A DNA stretch of 62,472 bases from a virus (taxonomy: Duplodnaviria; Caudoviricetes): the IMG/VR virus record IMGVR_UViG_3300043466_001090, positions 1 through 62,472 of that record. One strand, written 5' to 3'. The translations under genes were made by a program, and so were the position numbers. This document shows positions 12,201 through 21,600 of this stretch, one piece after another; the first letter of the stretch is position 1, and each line of letters opens with the position of its first letter. The notes beneath the pieces are model-generated. The model ran no database searches and had not been told where the DNA came from. It saw only the letters and a program-made list of their open reading frames with translations.

Positions 12201-15200
12201 CTGAGCTATAGTCTTGCTGCAGAACAAATAGAAAAGCTTCTAAATGCTATAGTTGTTAAGAGACTCATTAGACAGAAGTTAAATGGAGAGCAGCTTATTC
12301 AAGTGAGTGGTGCTGGGTTTGAAACAAGTAATAGAGCTATATTTACTAAAGCTACGGAAGAGCAACTTAAGAAATATCGTGGTACCAATGACCTTCCTAC
12401 ATATCGTCCAGGTAAAGGAAAGAACGGAGCTACCACTGCTATGAAAGTTAAGGTGGCTATGAACGGAGATTATTATAAGTTGTTAGAATTAAATAGTGTA
12501 AAAGAGTTTTCAGAAAAAAATAATATAACTCGTTTAGAAGCTCTTAATAGACTTTTAAAGACCGAAAGCTGGTTAGACAAAGATGACAACCGTAAGCTTG
12601 TTACAATGGTGGCTGTACGTATTCCAGTACAAGGACTCAACTCTATGGAGTTTATGGAAGTGTATGAGTTTCTTCCTGAAGAAGCTGGTAACATTTTAAT
12701 TCCTCCAACTGAGATTGTAGCTAAATCAGGATCTGACTTTGATATTGATAAGCTCACTGTGTTTCAACCAAACTATGATGGTAAAAAAGATTATGCCAAG
12801 CTCTCTAAAGGAGATAATGTAAAAGGTGTTGAAAACAATGTAATTGATAATATACGTAAGATATTAGAGCATCCTGATAACTTTGTTTCTCTTATACGTC
12901 CTAACGATACAGATCTTGTTAAAGGAGTGGCTGATAACTTAGCTAAAGAAAATATTCAAGGTTTTAATCCACTTGCTAATAAAACAATAGAAGGTTATAA
13001 TAAAGGTAAGAAAGGAAATGTCATAAGCCCCACTCGTATTTTAGAATCAAGATATAATATATACAAACATGATTCTAATAATATAGGAAAGAAGACACTT
13101 GGTATTGGTGCTGTAGATAATGCCTACTCATCTATATTTAAACGTATAGGTGCTAGACTTATGCCTGAATATACATTTAGACCTTTTGATAAGAAAAAGA
13201 AACCTCACACTAGAAAAGTAAACATTGCATTTGATCACAATAAAATAGTTATTGACGGTGTAGAATATGTTTCTCTTTCTGATATAGAGACAACTACAGG
13301 TAGAAAAATAAGTGATATCATAGCTCAGCTTATGAATGGATGGGTGGATATTGAGAAAGATGCTTGGATATTTAACATCAATGGAAACAATGTAGCTGGT
13401 CCAGTTCTTCTATTCTTGTTAGAGACAGGAGTAGATTTTAAAACAGCAGCTTATTTTGTTTCTCAGCCTATAATTGTTGACTATATTAAACAAAGATTTC
13501 AATCTGAAAGTCCTTTCTACGAGCCTTCTGGTAAAGGTAAGAGACAACAAAGAGGTCTTAATAAGTTTGCCATAAGAATGAATATGGTTAAAGAGTATAT
13601 TGGACCACTTCCTGTTATACAGAAAGGAGATAGAGCTGGGGAAGAATTTTTGTCTGGTGAAATACTTTATAATAACTTTATAAAGCCTACTACTTCTAAT
13701 GTAGTGTTTTCACAAAAAGAATTGTTGGATAATATACAATCAAAAGACTTAAAATCACTTACATCTAAAAGAGCTCTGATGCATTTCTTTGAGCTTGAGG
13801 ATATGATGAACCAGCTTACAAATGTAAAGCTTACGGTTAACGTTGATACAAACCCATCTAAAACATTCTTAGATGCTCAGACTAGATTGATTAATATAGA
13901 AGGATTGAATAAAACTGATATCTTCCCTCCTGATACTATTCAAAAGATAAAAACAGATTCTCCTATTTCTTCTTTCTTTATACAGAACTTCCAGTTAAAT
14001 CTTTTCAAACCTTTGATGAAACTTAGAGCTGATGAAAAGATTAATAACTTTTTGATTAAGCAGATAGAGTCTGAGAGTTTTAAATTAGGGTTTGATGACA
14101 CGAGTAAGTTTGCAGTGGCATTTAAGAATGATATTCCTCTCTACTTGTTACACAACTATTTAAAAGGAGTTAACCTAGATAGTATAAAAGAATACAGTAG
14201 TATTGGTGTTGATTCTAATATTCCTGTAGAAGAAGCTCAGCTTAAATACGGAGCCTTTGTAAAGAATAATGTAATGTACATAGACAAGGCTCAGATAAAG
14301 GAAGACTTTAAAACTAAAGCTTACGCAAGTGCTGCTTATGAAAAAAGAGGTCTTCATAAAGTATCAGAAGAGCACTTTACTTTCTTTAAGAACAATGATT
14401 TGGATTTCCAAGAGTATAGTCACTTTGTTTTGGAGAGAGAATATCTCAGAAGCGTAACTCCTACAGAAGGTAAAACAAGACCAGAGTTTGAGAAAGAAAT
14501 TGCAGAGAAAGCTTTAGAGAATACCTATAACTTCTATAGTATTTTAAAGTCTCCTTCTAGTATAGCAAATGTCTTTAGTCAGATTAAAGAATCAGCAACA
14601 TCTGATGTATCAAAAAATTATATGATATTTGATCAGATTGTACCTAGTAAGCTTAAATCTGATAAGGGTATAAATACTCTTAAAATGAAAAGTGCAAAGG
14701 TAGATAAAGACATGGCTAACACTCTTCATGAAAATCTTGTTAGACTATCTGATCCTAATACAATTAAGTTAGCAGATCCTGCTAGAAATGCTAATATGTC
14801 AGCATTTTTTCGTAAATTTATTGTAGCGGAGTATATGAGATCAGGTATTACAAAATCAAGTGATAGTCTTTCTCCTATTCTTCCGACAGATGTTTTAATG
14901 AAACTTTTAAAAGAACCAACTCAAGACTTTAAAGTGACTGATGAGTTTTTAGAAAACTATTACTCAGCGTTCTTAAGAAACTGGAATAAAGCATCAAAAG
15001 ATAGAAGAAATAAAATTCGTAACTATTTGAAAGTGAGTGAGTTAAGTATACCAAGTTTGGAAGCTGCTGACAACTCACTGGTTATCACAGATGAGAAAGG
15101 TCTTAACAATTATGTTAGACCTATTAGTCCTGAAGGAGTTAAATCTATTATACAGAACAATCCAGGATATGTTTTTATATATCCTACTAATGAAGCTGGA

Positions 15201-15623
15201 ATAGATGAGAAGCTTTCCTCAGAGTTCCAAAAAGGATCTTCTATTGGAATTCCTGTTAAACCTAAGGGAGGACGTATGCAAAAGTGGTCAGATAGTTCTT
15301 ATGATAGTAATGTTGTGGCTATAAACAATTCTTTAAATAAAATAGAAAAGGCTCTTGAAGATGATCAACCTATTGCTTTTCCACAAGAAGGATTTACTGA
15401 TGTAGTGGATAAGAATAAGTCTAGTCAATTAGAGTCTTTTGATGTTTTACAACAAGCTGCACCACGTACCTTTGAGTATCTGGCTACAGAGCTTTATAAA
15501 AGATTTGGATATATCCACCCTGGAGCTGAAAAGCTTTTAGGATTTAGAACCCTGTATCAAACTTCACAAGAAATATCTGATACTGAGGTTGATGAGTTTA
15601 TTAAAAAATGCTTTGGAGAATAA
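6243..15623 (+). CDS. Virion-packaged single-polypeptide two-barrel RNA polymerase (crAss-like), with N-terminal zincin-like domain
   Basis: Catalytic KSGSDFDIDKL (DxDxD at 12735-12749) preceded by RIPVQGLNSM; NEGDGQGWIT motif; HEGWH zincin motif at ~8253-8267 with downstream EEFLAEDF; 3126 aa. Confidence 0.9.
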   Translation: MACKLSDDQLDALYKATVGEIVASKVNGQTFSPDAFMKKIHSAIFEATNDMANALDYVQHIPWAINLAQGIDMEIADYLIDSGVSMDAVNKLRRDFDNVDNIVKYLGLNKNDELETAKEIIEESFPETQVIETDEYTEVEKKDKDLKEQEIKNNFVQTKDGAFVAKPDSALATISQEAKTYGGFVQKDNVIDDDPQKKAYYNLVRLINDELVGLPNANNLKIGNITGIFFKAIPTKNIDSEDFYQEHREFFSKPDNPGIKEDDVSLVFSDKEGNILYFNENAEIVSKEEGKPLYTFMRRVYTKSGNKVVYNVQDVESLSLKPGAEAVEVLREARNSEIETLEKLRDYVSKNPNQNVLLSVTAGKNGYVTEDFSNKVRISSIDLGGSFSPYYSSINQSGQVKGGVYFNVSDYPLPVLIHRPKFSEIPNLVESLTNVLFDSSLNNAQKIKLVKQFTQSKDTAVFEEEGVVKVRQGESILDTSVKTNKDAFVQNLNNQTVNINKDLLGGYFTMPVMVDNKLELQESKNYNNFLADNFYTFLQKNAENKIVKLNAYNTFQLTTESAEKIFDVKVKEPSSKQESTLEQDTPSDQSVEDFKKAIGKIDTSLKKVKQLSSEATEKQIADAEKWYNNSPLSKHVPFSVMLNAVNSDAIAEFTTSGIFLYKGSNFTDLYHEGWHVFSQMFLTKPQKKKLYGEVRKLSGTFTDVNGKTLRFATATDKQIEEFLAEDFRKYVLSKGTKIFENRPVANNIFQKIWNFLKALYKGQSIKRILSDTSTTGMVKDLYDKLYIGNINEYKPSLSNVQFTVLNKGIQDLDAKSDENKGMNYQDSMVISQTIDSLMASNLSEQGLSVNTVFTNPELLGPLYAKIKYDLSKLKDNFDPEDFRVKMIDKALENWGDFSKVIQGEEQNGVIAFHRKRSDFLGFDEKYSNLALDEQDEEDGNVSETDITDEGSKLEKRDAELREQFGSKVGEKKGNENSILEIASNQTVYLVKSLPAMDKQGNIDYNILGVPKLVEFNRMWGILINTVAGSINKTDMYNKIVANSAVFPELKMLAERLKDPVSKSSVKTDAPYIQMWGAFFRDFSVYKVPIKELQVVKQIVKEKINGKEVIVSESYSIRFVESEPLFQQVKTNFTNLFQTSTSRQYITRDAKNLEGVNVLNLEKLFEDFSSAKDLQRGETALKFLKAIGFYMTDNKFVKDNLFKSNNLKKVGFIYDRLKRAYKANIVIQNPIAFLESNEISSDASFNGRNNGNDVKAILDIEGKYSTNYSNNSIMNVSGDREYDLSLNNSLTQFLKEINNPQKAKYQDVVSQPHMAHLDFRRNPNAKYSSWISSMFDIPKLYGDFSTMNQGFRKTENGVASVLNVINLNGIKSVIDEVGKTQYSDGGIKTANLDGNSKFLLDLHTMLESGVMELARRASKSSSYGVSVSNLRTPYNENDRTSYISVGYFADDNISTDYAIKMLKEKLAAEMERIAIVKDDIKNKGELSKIPGFAERAVKFMAFDDMLASDKTLKEDLIKVANQEDSFSIVNSAEFSGRISKALSKYLQALYNENTEIYKEMPFLSTAVRNKIRKTVKNDGYSVSDSKIEEVAIKAFTVNSLIHNLEVIAVLDGDLANFNHEKEEYNKRNAYITSTGRIFSFDASDIKVLNSEDYFNSTYAKSITAPKRDFNGVLNTAVFKDNNFKSLYYKEYVNALVDTGKYTEEEAEKILEPYIKMNEGDGQGWITFDAYRTLSILEGNKWTPKQGELYTKIIKGEEVSPEDIYEFFPPLKFQYAGPLKTDKLDVRAFHKFSLAPLIPSIIKGTNMEIFHDNLVKQGIDYALFESGSKMSTLTNDGSADSFYDGDDYDSRKISPWTDNKQMYKKNPVFIQYLKNQVDIAPTWKGKTIFSTQLRKLIINDIFLKGLPINDDFKKLVADFEKNLNDLQSFKKQELLEEIGWVIDDKGNPKGNTADLVKFVKKELSRQGLPDHVVEFIDLDDSGKKLRYDLSYSLAAEQIEKLLNAIVVKRLIRQKLNGEQLIQVSGAGFETSNRAIFTKATEEQLKKYRGTNDLPTYRPGKGKNGATTAMKVKVAMNGDYYKLLELNSVKEFSEKNNITRLEALNRLLKTESWLDKDDNRKLVTMVAVRIPVQGLNSMEFMEVYEFLPEEAGNILIPPTEIVAKSGSDFDIDKLTVFQPNYDGKKDYAKLSKGDNVKGVENNVIDNIRKILEHPDNFVSLIRPNDTDLVKGVADNLAKENIQGFNPLANKTIEGYNKGKKGNVISPTRILESRYNIYKHDSNNIGKKTLGIGAVDNAYSSIFKRIGARLMPEYTFRPFDKKKKPHTRKVNIAFDHNKIVIDGVEYVSLSDIETTTGRKISDIIAQLMNGWVDIEKDAWIFNINGNNVAGPVLLFLLETGVDFKTAAYFVSQPIIVDYIKQRFQSESPFYEPSGKGKRQQRGLNKFAIRMNMVKEYIGPLPVIQKGDRAGEEFLSGEILYNNFIKPTTSNVVFSQKELLDNIQSKDLKSLTSKRALMHFFELEDMMNQLTNVKLTVNVDTNPSKTFLDAQTRLINIEGLNKTDIFPPDTIQKIKTDSPISSFFIQNFQLNLFKPLMKLRADEKINNFLIKQIESESFKLGFDDTSKFAVAFKNDIPLYLLHNYLKGVNLDSIKEYSSIGVDSNIPVEEAQLKYGAFVKNNVMYIDKAQIKEDFKTKAYASAAYEKRGLHKVSEEHFTFFKNNDLDFQEYSHFVLEREYLRSVTPTEGKTRPEFEKEIAEKALENTYNFYSILKSPSSIANVFSQIKESATSDVSKNYMIFDQIVPSKLKSDKGINTLKMKSAKVDKDMANTLHENLVRLSDPNTIKLADPARNANMSAFFRKFIVAEYMRSGITKSSDSLSPILPTDVLMKLLKEPTQDFKVTDEFLENYYSAFLRNWNKASKDRRNKIRNYLKVSELSIPSLEAADNSLVITDEKGLNNYVRPISPEGVKSIIQNNPGYVFIYPTNEAGIDEKLSSEFQKGSSIGIPVKPKGGRMQKWSDSSYDSNVVAINNSLNKIEKALEDDQPIAFPQEGFTDVVDKNKSSQLESFDVLQQAAPRTFEYLATELYKRFGYIHPGAEKLLGFRTLYQTSQEISDTEVDEFIKKCFGE

Positions 15624-15637
15624 AATAATACACACTT

Positions 15638-18600
15638 ATGCTAGTTTGTCCTAACATCAATACAAAAGAGTGGAAAGAGTTAGAAAAAGCTCTTGGTCAA
15701 AAAGAAGCTTTTAGAGAATATATTAGACTTAATACAGGAGGTATTCCCTCTTTGGTAGATGTTCTTCCTTTAAATCAGGTTCCTTTTTCTAAACTAGAAG
15801 ATGACGAGAGTGTTAAAACACTTAAAGAAAATACAGCTAATGATTTAATAGATTTTCTTAATAACAAGTTTCCTGGTGTTAAGGGTGCTGTCATCAATGA
15901 TAAGAAACAAAAGTGGAAAGGAAAACTAGTAGATGGTAAAACTCCAACAATCAATCTTGCATATGCAGAAGCTTCTGATGGTTTTCATGAGTTTTCTCAT
16001 CCTTTCTTAATGGCTTTAAGAAAGTCAAACTCTGAAACATTTAACTCTTTGTATAATGATTTAAAAGAATCTGAAGAGTGGAATGAGATAAGTGTTAGAG
16101 CTACAGAGCGTGTAAATAAACTCTACCCTGAACTGAGAGGTAATGTTAATCTAGATTTATACAAAGAAGAAGTGATGGCTACAGCCATAGGTTATGCTTC
16201 TGAATTAAAGCTTCTTACAAGTAAGAAAAAGATTAGCTCAAGATTAGGTAGAATAATTGATAATATTTTTGAGTGGCTTAATAATTTCTTCTCTGAAATT
16301 TCACAGAAAGGTTTTGCAGATCGTATTAAGACAAATGACCTCACTCCTAATACTACTTTTGGTGAAATCATTGATATGTTCACCGATACCAGAAGTCAGA
16401 TTATTTTAGATTCTGATTGGAATAAAGCTGCTGATAATCTTAGAATAGCTGATGCTATGACAGGAGCTCTTACAACCAATCAAGAACTCATGTCTGAACA
16501 ACTGATGAATGATGTATCAACTGAAATACTTACAAATAAAGCTTTTAGTTTAGATGAGTATATCAATCAGTGGTTAGCTAAAACATTTAAACTTCCTAAA
16601 AAAGAATTTGTACCAAGAAAAGTAAAACCTTCTGAGCTTGCTTACAATATTGCTAGCAGAATGATAGAAAGTGTTCAGCAAAAAGGTTTCCAACTGAGAG
16701 GTATTGATTTTAAACAAGTAAAAACTTTACCAGAGAGTTTTGCTGTTCAGAAAGCAACTATAGAAAGACTTGCAAATATCATCACCCCTATTGAACTTAA
16801 TTATAAGTTTTCAAACTATCTTACAAATAAGAAAGCTACATCTATAGCATTAAATCAACCTCTTGTTACAATAAAAGATGTTGAGACAAAAGATAAAGAA
16901 GGAAACGTAGTTATACAACCCACTCCTAATATTCAAATTTCTGTTGCTGAGGCAGAAGCTGTTATTGATTTTCAAAACTTTATTAAGGATAAATTTCCTG
17001 GACGTAAGTCTATACCAGCAGACGAGCTTAATGATGAGTATTTAAAGTGGGTGACAGAGAACTATGGAATAAATTGGACAGATGCAACTGGTGTAGCAGG
17101 CTATGGTATGAATAGGATTGCTAATGCTCCATATCAAAATTATACTAGAGTTTTATTTATAGATGATTATTTTGATACCAGTCCAAGACATAATTTTACA
17201 GTGAACCAAACAGGTGATCAAGGAAATGGATTAGGTTGGTATGTAAGAGTTGAGATTGGAGGAGATAGATTTGATCATGAGTTTCAATCAGATATTCTTC
17301 CTGAAATTGAAAAAGACTTTAAAGAGGGTAAGTATTCTGAAAGTTTACCAGCTGGAAAACTAAGACCTCAGAATAGAAGAACGCAAGTTGAAAATCTAGC
17401 TGTATCTAAGATAACTAGCATGATGCAAACATCTGGTGATTTTCTAATTGCCAGAGATAATTTTTTATATGATCAAATAACTACTGTTGATGAAGAAATA
17501 GAAAATTCTTCTCCTACTCTTATTGAGATAGAACCACAGGAGTTACAGATTTATCCTGAACTTCCTTTTAGTAAGTTGGATAGTTATGATCCAGCTAGAT
17601 TAGAAAACTCTAAAAAGTTTTTGCTTGCTGAGGTGGATGTTCAAATACAACTATTAAAAGATTCATCTAGAAGATTGGATACTATTTTAGGACAAAAAAT
17701 GTTTTCTAAACTTTACAATCTATTTTTAAGTAGAAAGAATGATGAGCAGAAAGAATTGTTTGATTGGTTTAAAACATTTAAAACTACTGATTTTAGTACC
17801 TCTGATCAAGACTCACTGCCTTTTAGTAAAATAGATAATGCTCCTGTAGAAATATTTTTAGGAACGTATAATGAAAAAAGTTATTACTTAACTCAAGAAA
17901 GTATTGATAAATTTCCTTCTGCATTTAAGAAAATATACAAAATACATTTGGAATGGGCTCAGTCAAATGCTCCATTAAAACCTAAGTTGCCAAATGATGA
18001 AATGTTTTGGATAAATACAATGGCTAATGCGTTTATGAACAGACTTGTTGATAAACAAGGAAATATTAAAAAGAATTATGGAAAAAATAAGGCTGATATT
18101 CAAAGGACAAGAGATCTTATAAAAGATGAGCTTAAAAAATCTTTTAACTCCTATAACTTTTCTAAAAAACAACTAAAGGCTTTAGAGTGGAGACAAATAG
18201 TATATCAAGATGTAAATAATATAGTACACATTACTGAATACTATAAAGGACAGTTTAATAGACTTTATAGATTTTATAATAATATTTATGAATCAGCTCT
18301 TCCTATAGCTCAAGAAAAAATAACAGCTAAAGAAAGAGACCCTAACTTTGCTAGATATAAAAAATACAATGACCTTTACTATAAGTGGTTTGATATAATT
18401 GTTCCACAATCTATAAATAGTGCTAAAGCTGAGGGACGTCCATACTACTATCTTCCTACAGCTATGGCTATGAATGCTATTGAAGGTAATCCTGCTGCTG
18501 AAAAAGTCTACTGGACTCCTTCTGATAGTCTTGAAGAAATGAAAAGAGGTTTAAATCCTATATTGGATATTGAACGTTACATATCACAAAATACAGAAGA

Positions 18601-21600
18601 GACAACAGCTGTAATGCGTCAGTATCTAACTTCAGAAATGTTGGCTAGATATACACAAGAAACAACTCCTAGAGAAATTGCTGAAGATTTATATGATAAG
18701 ACTAATTTTACAAACTCAGATGAATTTAATAAGTTTCTATTAACTAATTCCAACACTGTAACAAAACCTAATGGTCCTTTTTACAATGCTGTTGTTAGAT
18801 ATGCTAGAAAGAATAATATAAAACTTACGTTTGAAAAACCTGTCTGGTCTAAAGAAACATTGATTAAAGTAGATCTTACAGGTTACACAATAAAGCCAAT
18901 AGATAGATTCAGTAAGATAGATGTTGAAAATGTTGTTTCTCCATCTTTGAATAAAGAACAAGTAAAAAAAGAACAGAAAAAAGATGCAGGACAATCTATT
19001 GTAAACTCTGTAGCAAATAGATTATCTAATAACTTAGGAATAAACTTTAATGTTGTCACTGCAGAACAAGCTAGAACTCTTACAGAAGGAACAAATAATC
19101 CATGGAATGGTGAGAAAGCTTTCTATCTTAACGGAGAAACTTACTTCTTATCTGAAGGTTTTAATACAGAAAATGTACTACATGAATATAGTCATCCTTT
19201 AATTGATGCTGTATTTGCTACCAATAAAGAACTTTTTAACAGATTGTATGATATGCTTTCTTCCAGTGAAGAGGGTAGAGCAATCATAAATGATGTTACC
19301 AATCTTTATCCTGAGGTGAAGTCTACAGATCCTCTGTTTAGAAAAGAGGTGTTGGTTAGAGGTTTAGCTACTGAAGCTCAGAATAAAATAAACGGTGTTA
19401 CAAAAAGTAAAGATTTCAGCAGTTTTATAGATAGAGTTTTGTTTGCCATAAAACAAGCTTTGAGAAAAGTGTTTGGTGTAAAGGTTAAGGTGGAAAAACT
19501 TTCTACTAACACTACACTAGCAGAACTTGCTAAAATGTTAACTAGTGATCAGTTTGAAATTGACACTGAAGTGATTTCTGAAAATGATTATGTTCAGTAT
19601 TCAAGAGATTTGAATGAGTTAAATGAACTAGTGGAGTCTTTAGATGCTGTAGATAGTTCAGATATTTCTTTAACTATAGATAGGTTTTACGAACTGGTTA
19701 GTAATCAGATTCGTCAAGTTATGAGAAATAAAAACTATTCAGAAGCTCGTCAAATACTTATAAATGAAGAAACCAAAAAAGGTCTTCTTCAGGAAATCAA
19801 AAGTACATTAGAGGTTACTCCTGAAATTAATGAGAAACTGAGAGAGCTTTTGGATGAACAGGATATTAGAAAAAGAAACGTTAAGAACTTTGTTCACTCT
19901 GTAAACCGTCTTGAGATTTTAGCAAAAGCTGTTCTTTCACATATGCAAGAGCTGTCTAAAAAAGGAGATGGTGTGGAAGTGATGAACAGTATTTTTTACT
20001 ATGATCTTCTGGTTAGAAACTGGGATAAGTTCTTGAAGGAAACCAAAATAAGATTGTTTGATAATGGTCTTGATCCAGATAGTAGTTTTGGTGAAATGAT
20101 TTCTTCTACTTCTGAAAACATAGAAAAAACTAAAAGACTGATTAGATCTTCATATGTACCAGGTGTATTTAAAGTTTTAAAAGAATCTTTGGAGCCTCTT
20201 TCTAAAGATATTGATAGAGTTTATTCAGATCAAATTAAAAAAGCTCAGGACAGAAATGCTCCTCAGTCTGCTATAGATAGAATACAGAAGAAATGGGATG
20301 CTACTAAGTTAACCGATGAAAGAATAATGGATCTTTTGTTAGGTGAAGCTGGTGATACCAACCCTGTATCTGCTTTCCTGGAAGATTATACAAATAGTCC
20401 TGACCCAATTGTTGGTGGCTTTGCTGTATTTATTAAGAATGCTTATACAGATGTAGATGTTGAAGCATTGAAAAACTCAAATGAGTTTGTAAGAGAGATA
20501 ACTCCACTTCTTAAAGAAGCTGGATATAGTCGTACAAACTTTACATCTTTGATGCAGAAGATATCTTTCTTGGATGAGATGACCTATTTTAACAGTAAAA
20601 CAGGTAAGCTTGATACTAAAAAGATGTGGACGTTTTTAAATGAGTTTAAGAATGTTGATGCTAATCTTAAGAAATATCAGCATGACTATGAGATTGCTAA
20701 AGAAAATGGTGACGTTGCTGAAGCAGATAGAATACTAAAAGAAAAACGTAAACACTTAAAGGATTATTTTCATCAGGAATATACTGATGAGTTTTATAAA
20801 AGAGAAGAAGTTTATGATTCTTTAGAAAAGAATAAGGATTTAGAGGATGCTGTTTACAAAGTTTTAGGTGTTAATAAATCTAAAGCCAATGCTGCTCAAA
20901 GAGCTGAGGCTGCTGCTCTGTATGATAAATCTGCTAAAGAGGCTTACAGACGTAAGTATTTGATTATTAACGAGATTAAAGAGTTAGATGGTCTAAATTA
21001 TATTGAAAATAATTATGATCAAGTAGCTGAACAAAAAACACTTCTTTGGAGAAGGTATTCTCAGATTGCTTCTTTAAGAGATATAAATGGTCAACCTAAG
21101 TTTGGAGAAGAATTATTAATTGCCTTAATAGAAAAGAAATACAGAAAAGTTTCTAATGACATTTTTGAATGGAAACCTATTACAGGTCAGTTTGAATTCT
21201 CTTTAAGCATGTACGAACAGAGTTTAATAGATGCTGGGATACCAAAAGACAGTATAGAGTTTGATGAAAAAAGAAAGAAGTGGATTAAAGACAACACTGT
21301 TATTAAATACACAGATAACTTCTATAAAGATAGAAATGAAATACTTTCAAAGCTTAGAAGACTTCTTGATGAAATACGTAAGATAAATCCTAATCTTGTA
21401 GAAAGAATTGACTCTACAGAAGAGGTTGAAGAGATGTTGGATCTTTCGTTAGGTTTCCGTGATCAGAACGGTCAGATAATGGGGAATGATATATCTGATG
21501 CTTCTAAAGAAAGATTTAAACAGCTTCAAGAAATAATAATAAAAAAGAAAGAAAGTTACGCTGGTTTTAGTGGATTAACTGCTTCTGAAAGTAGGGAGCT

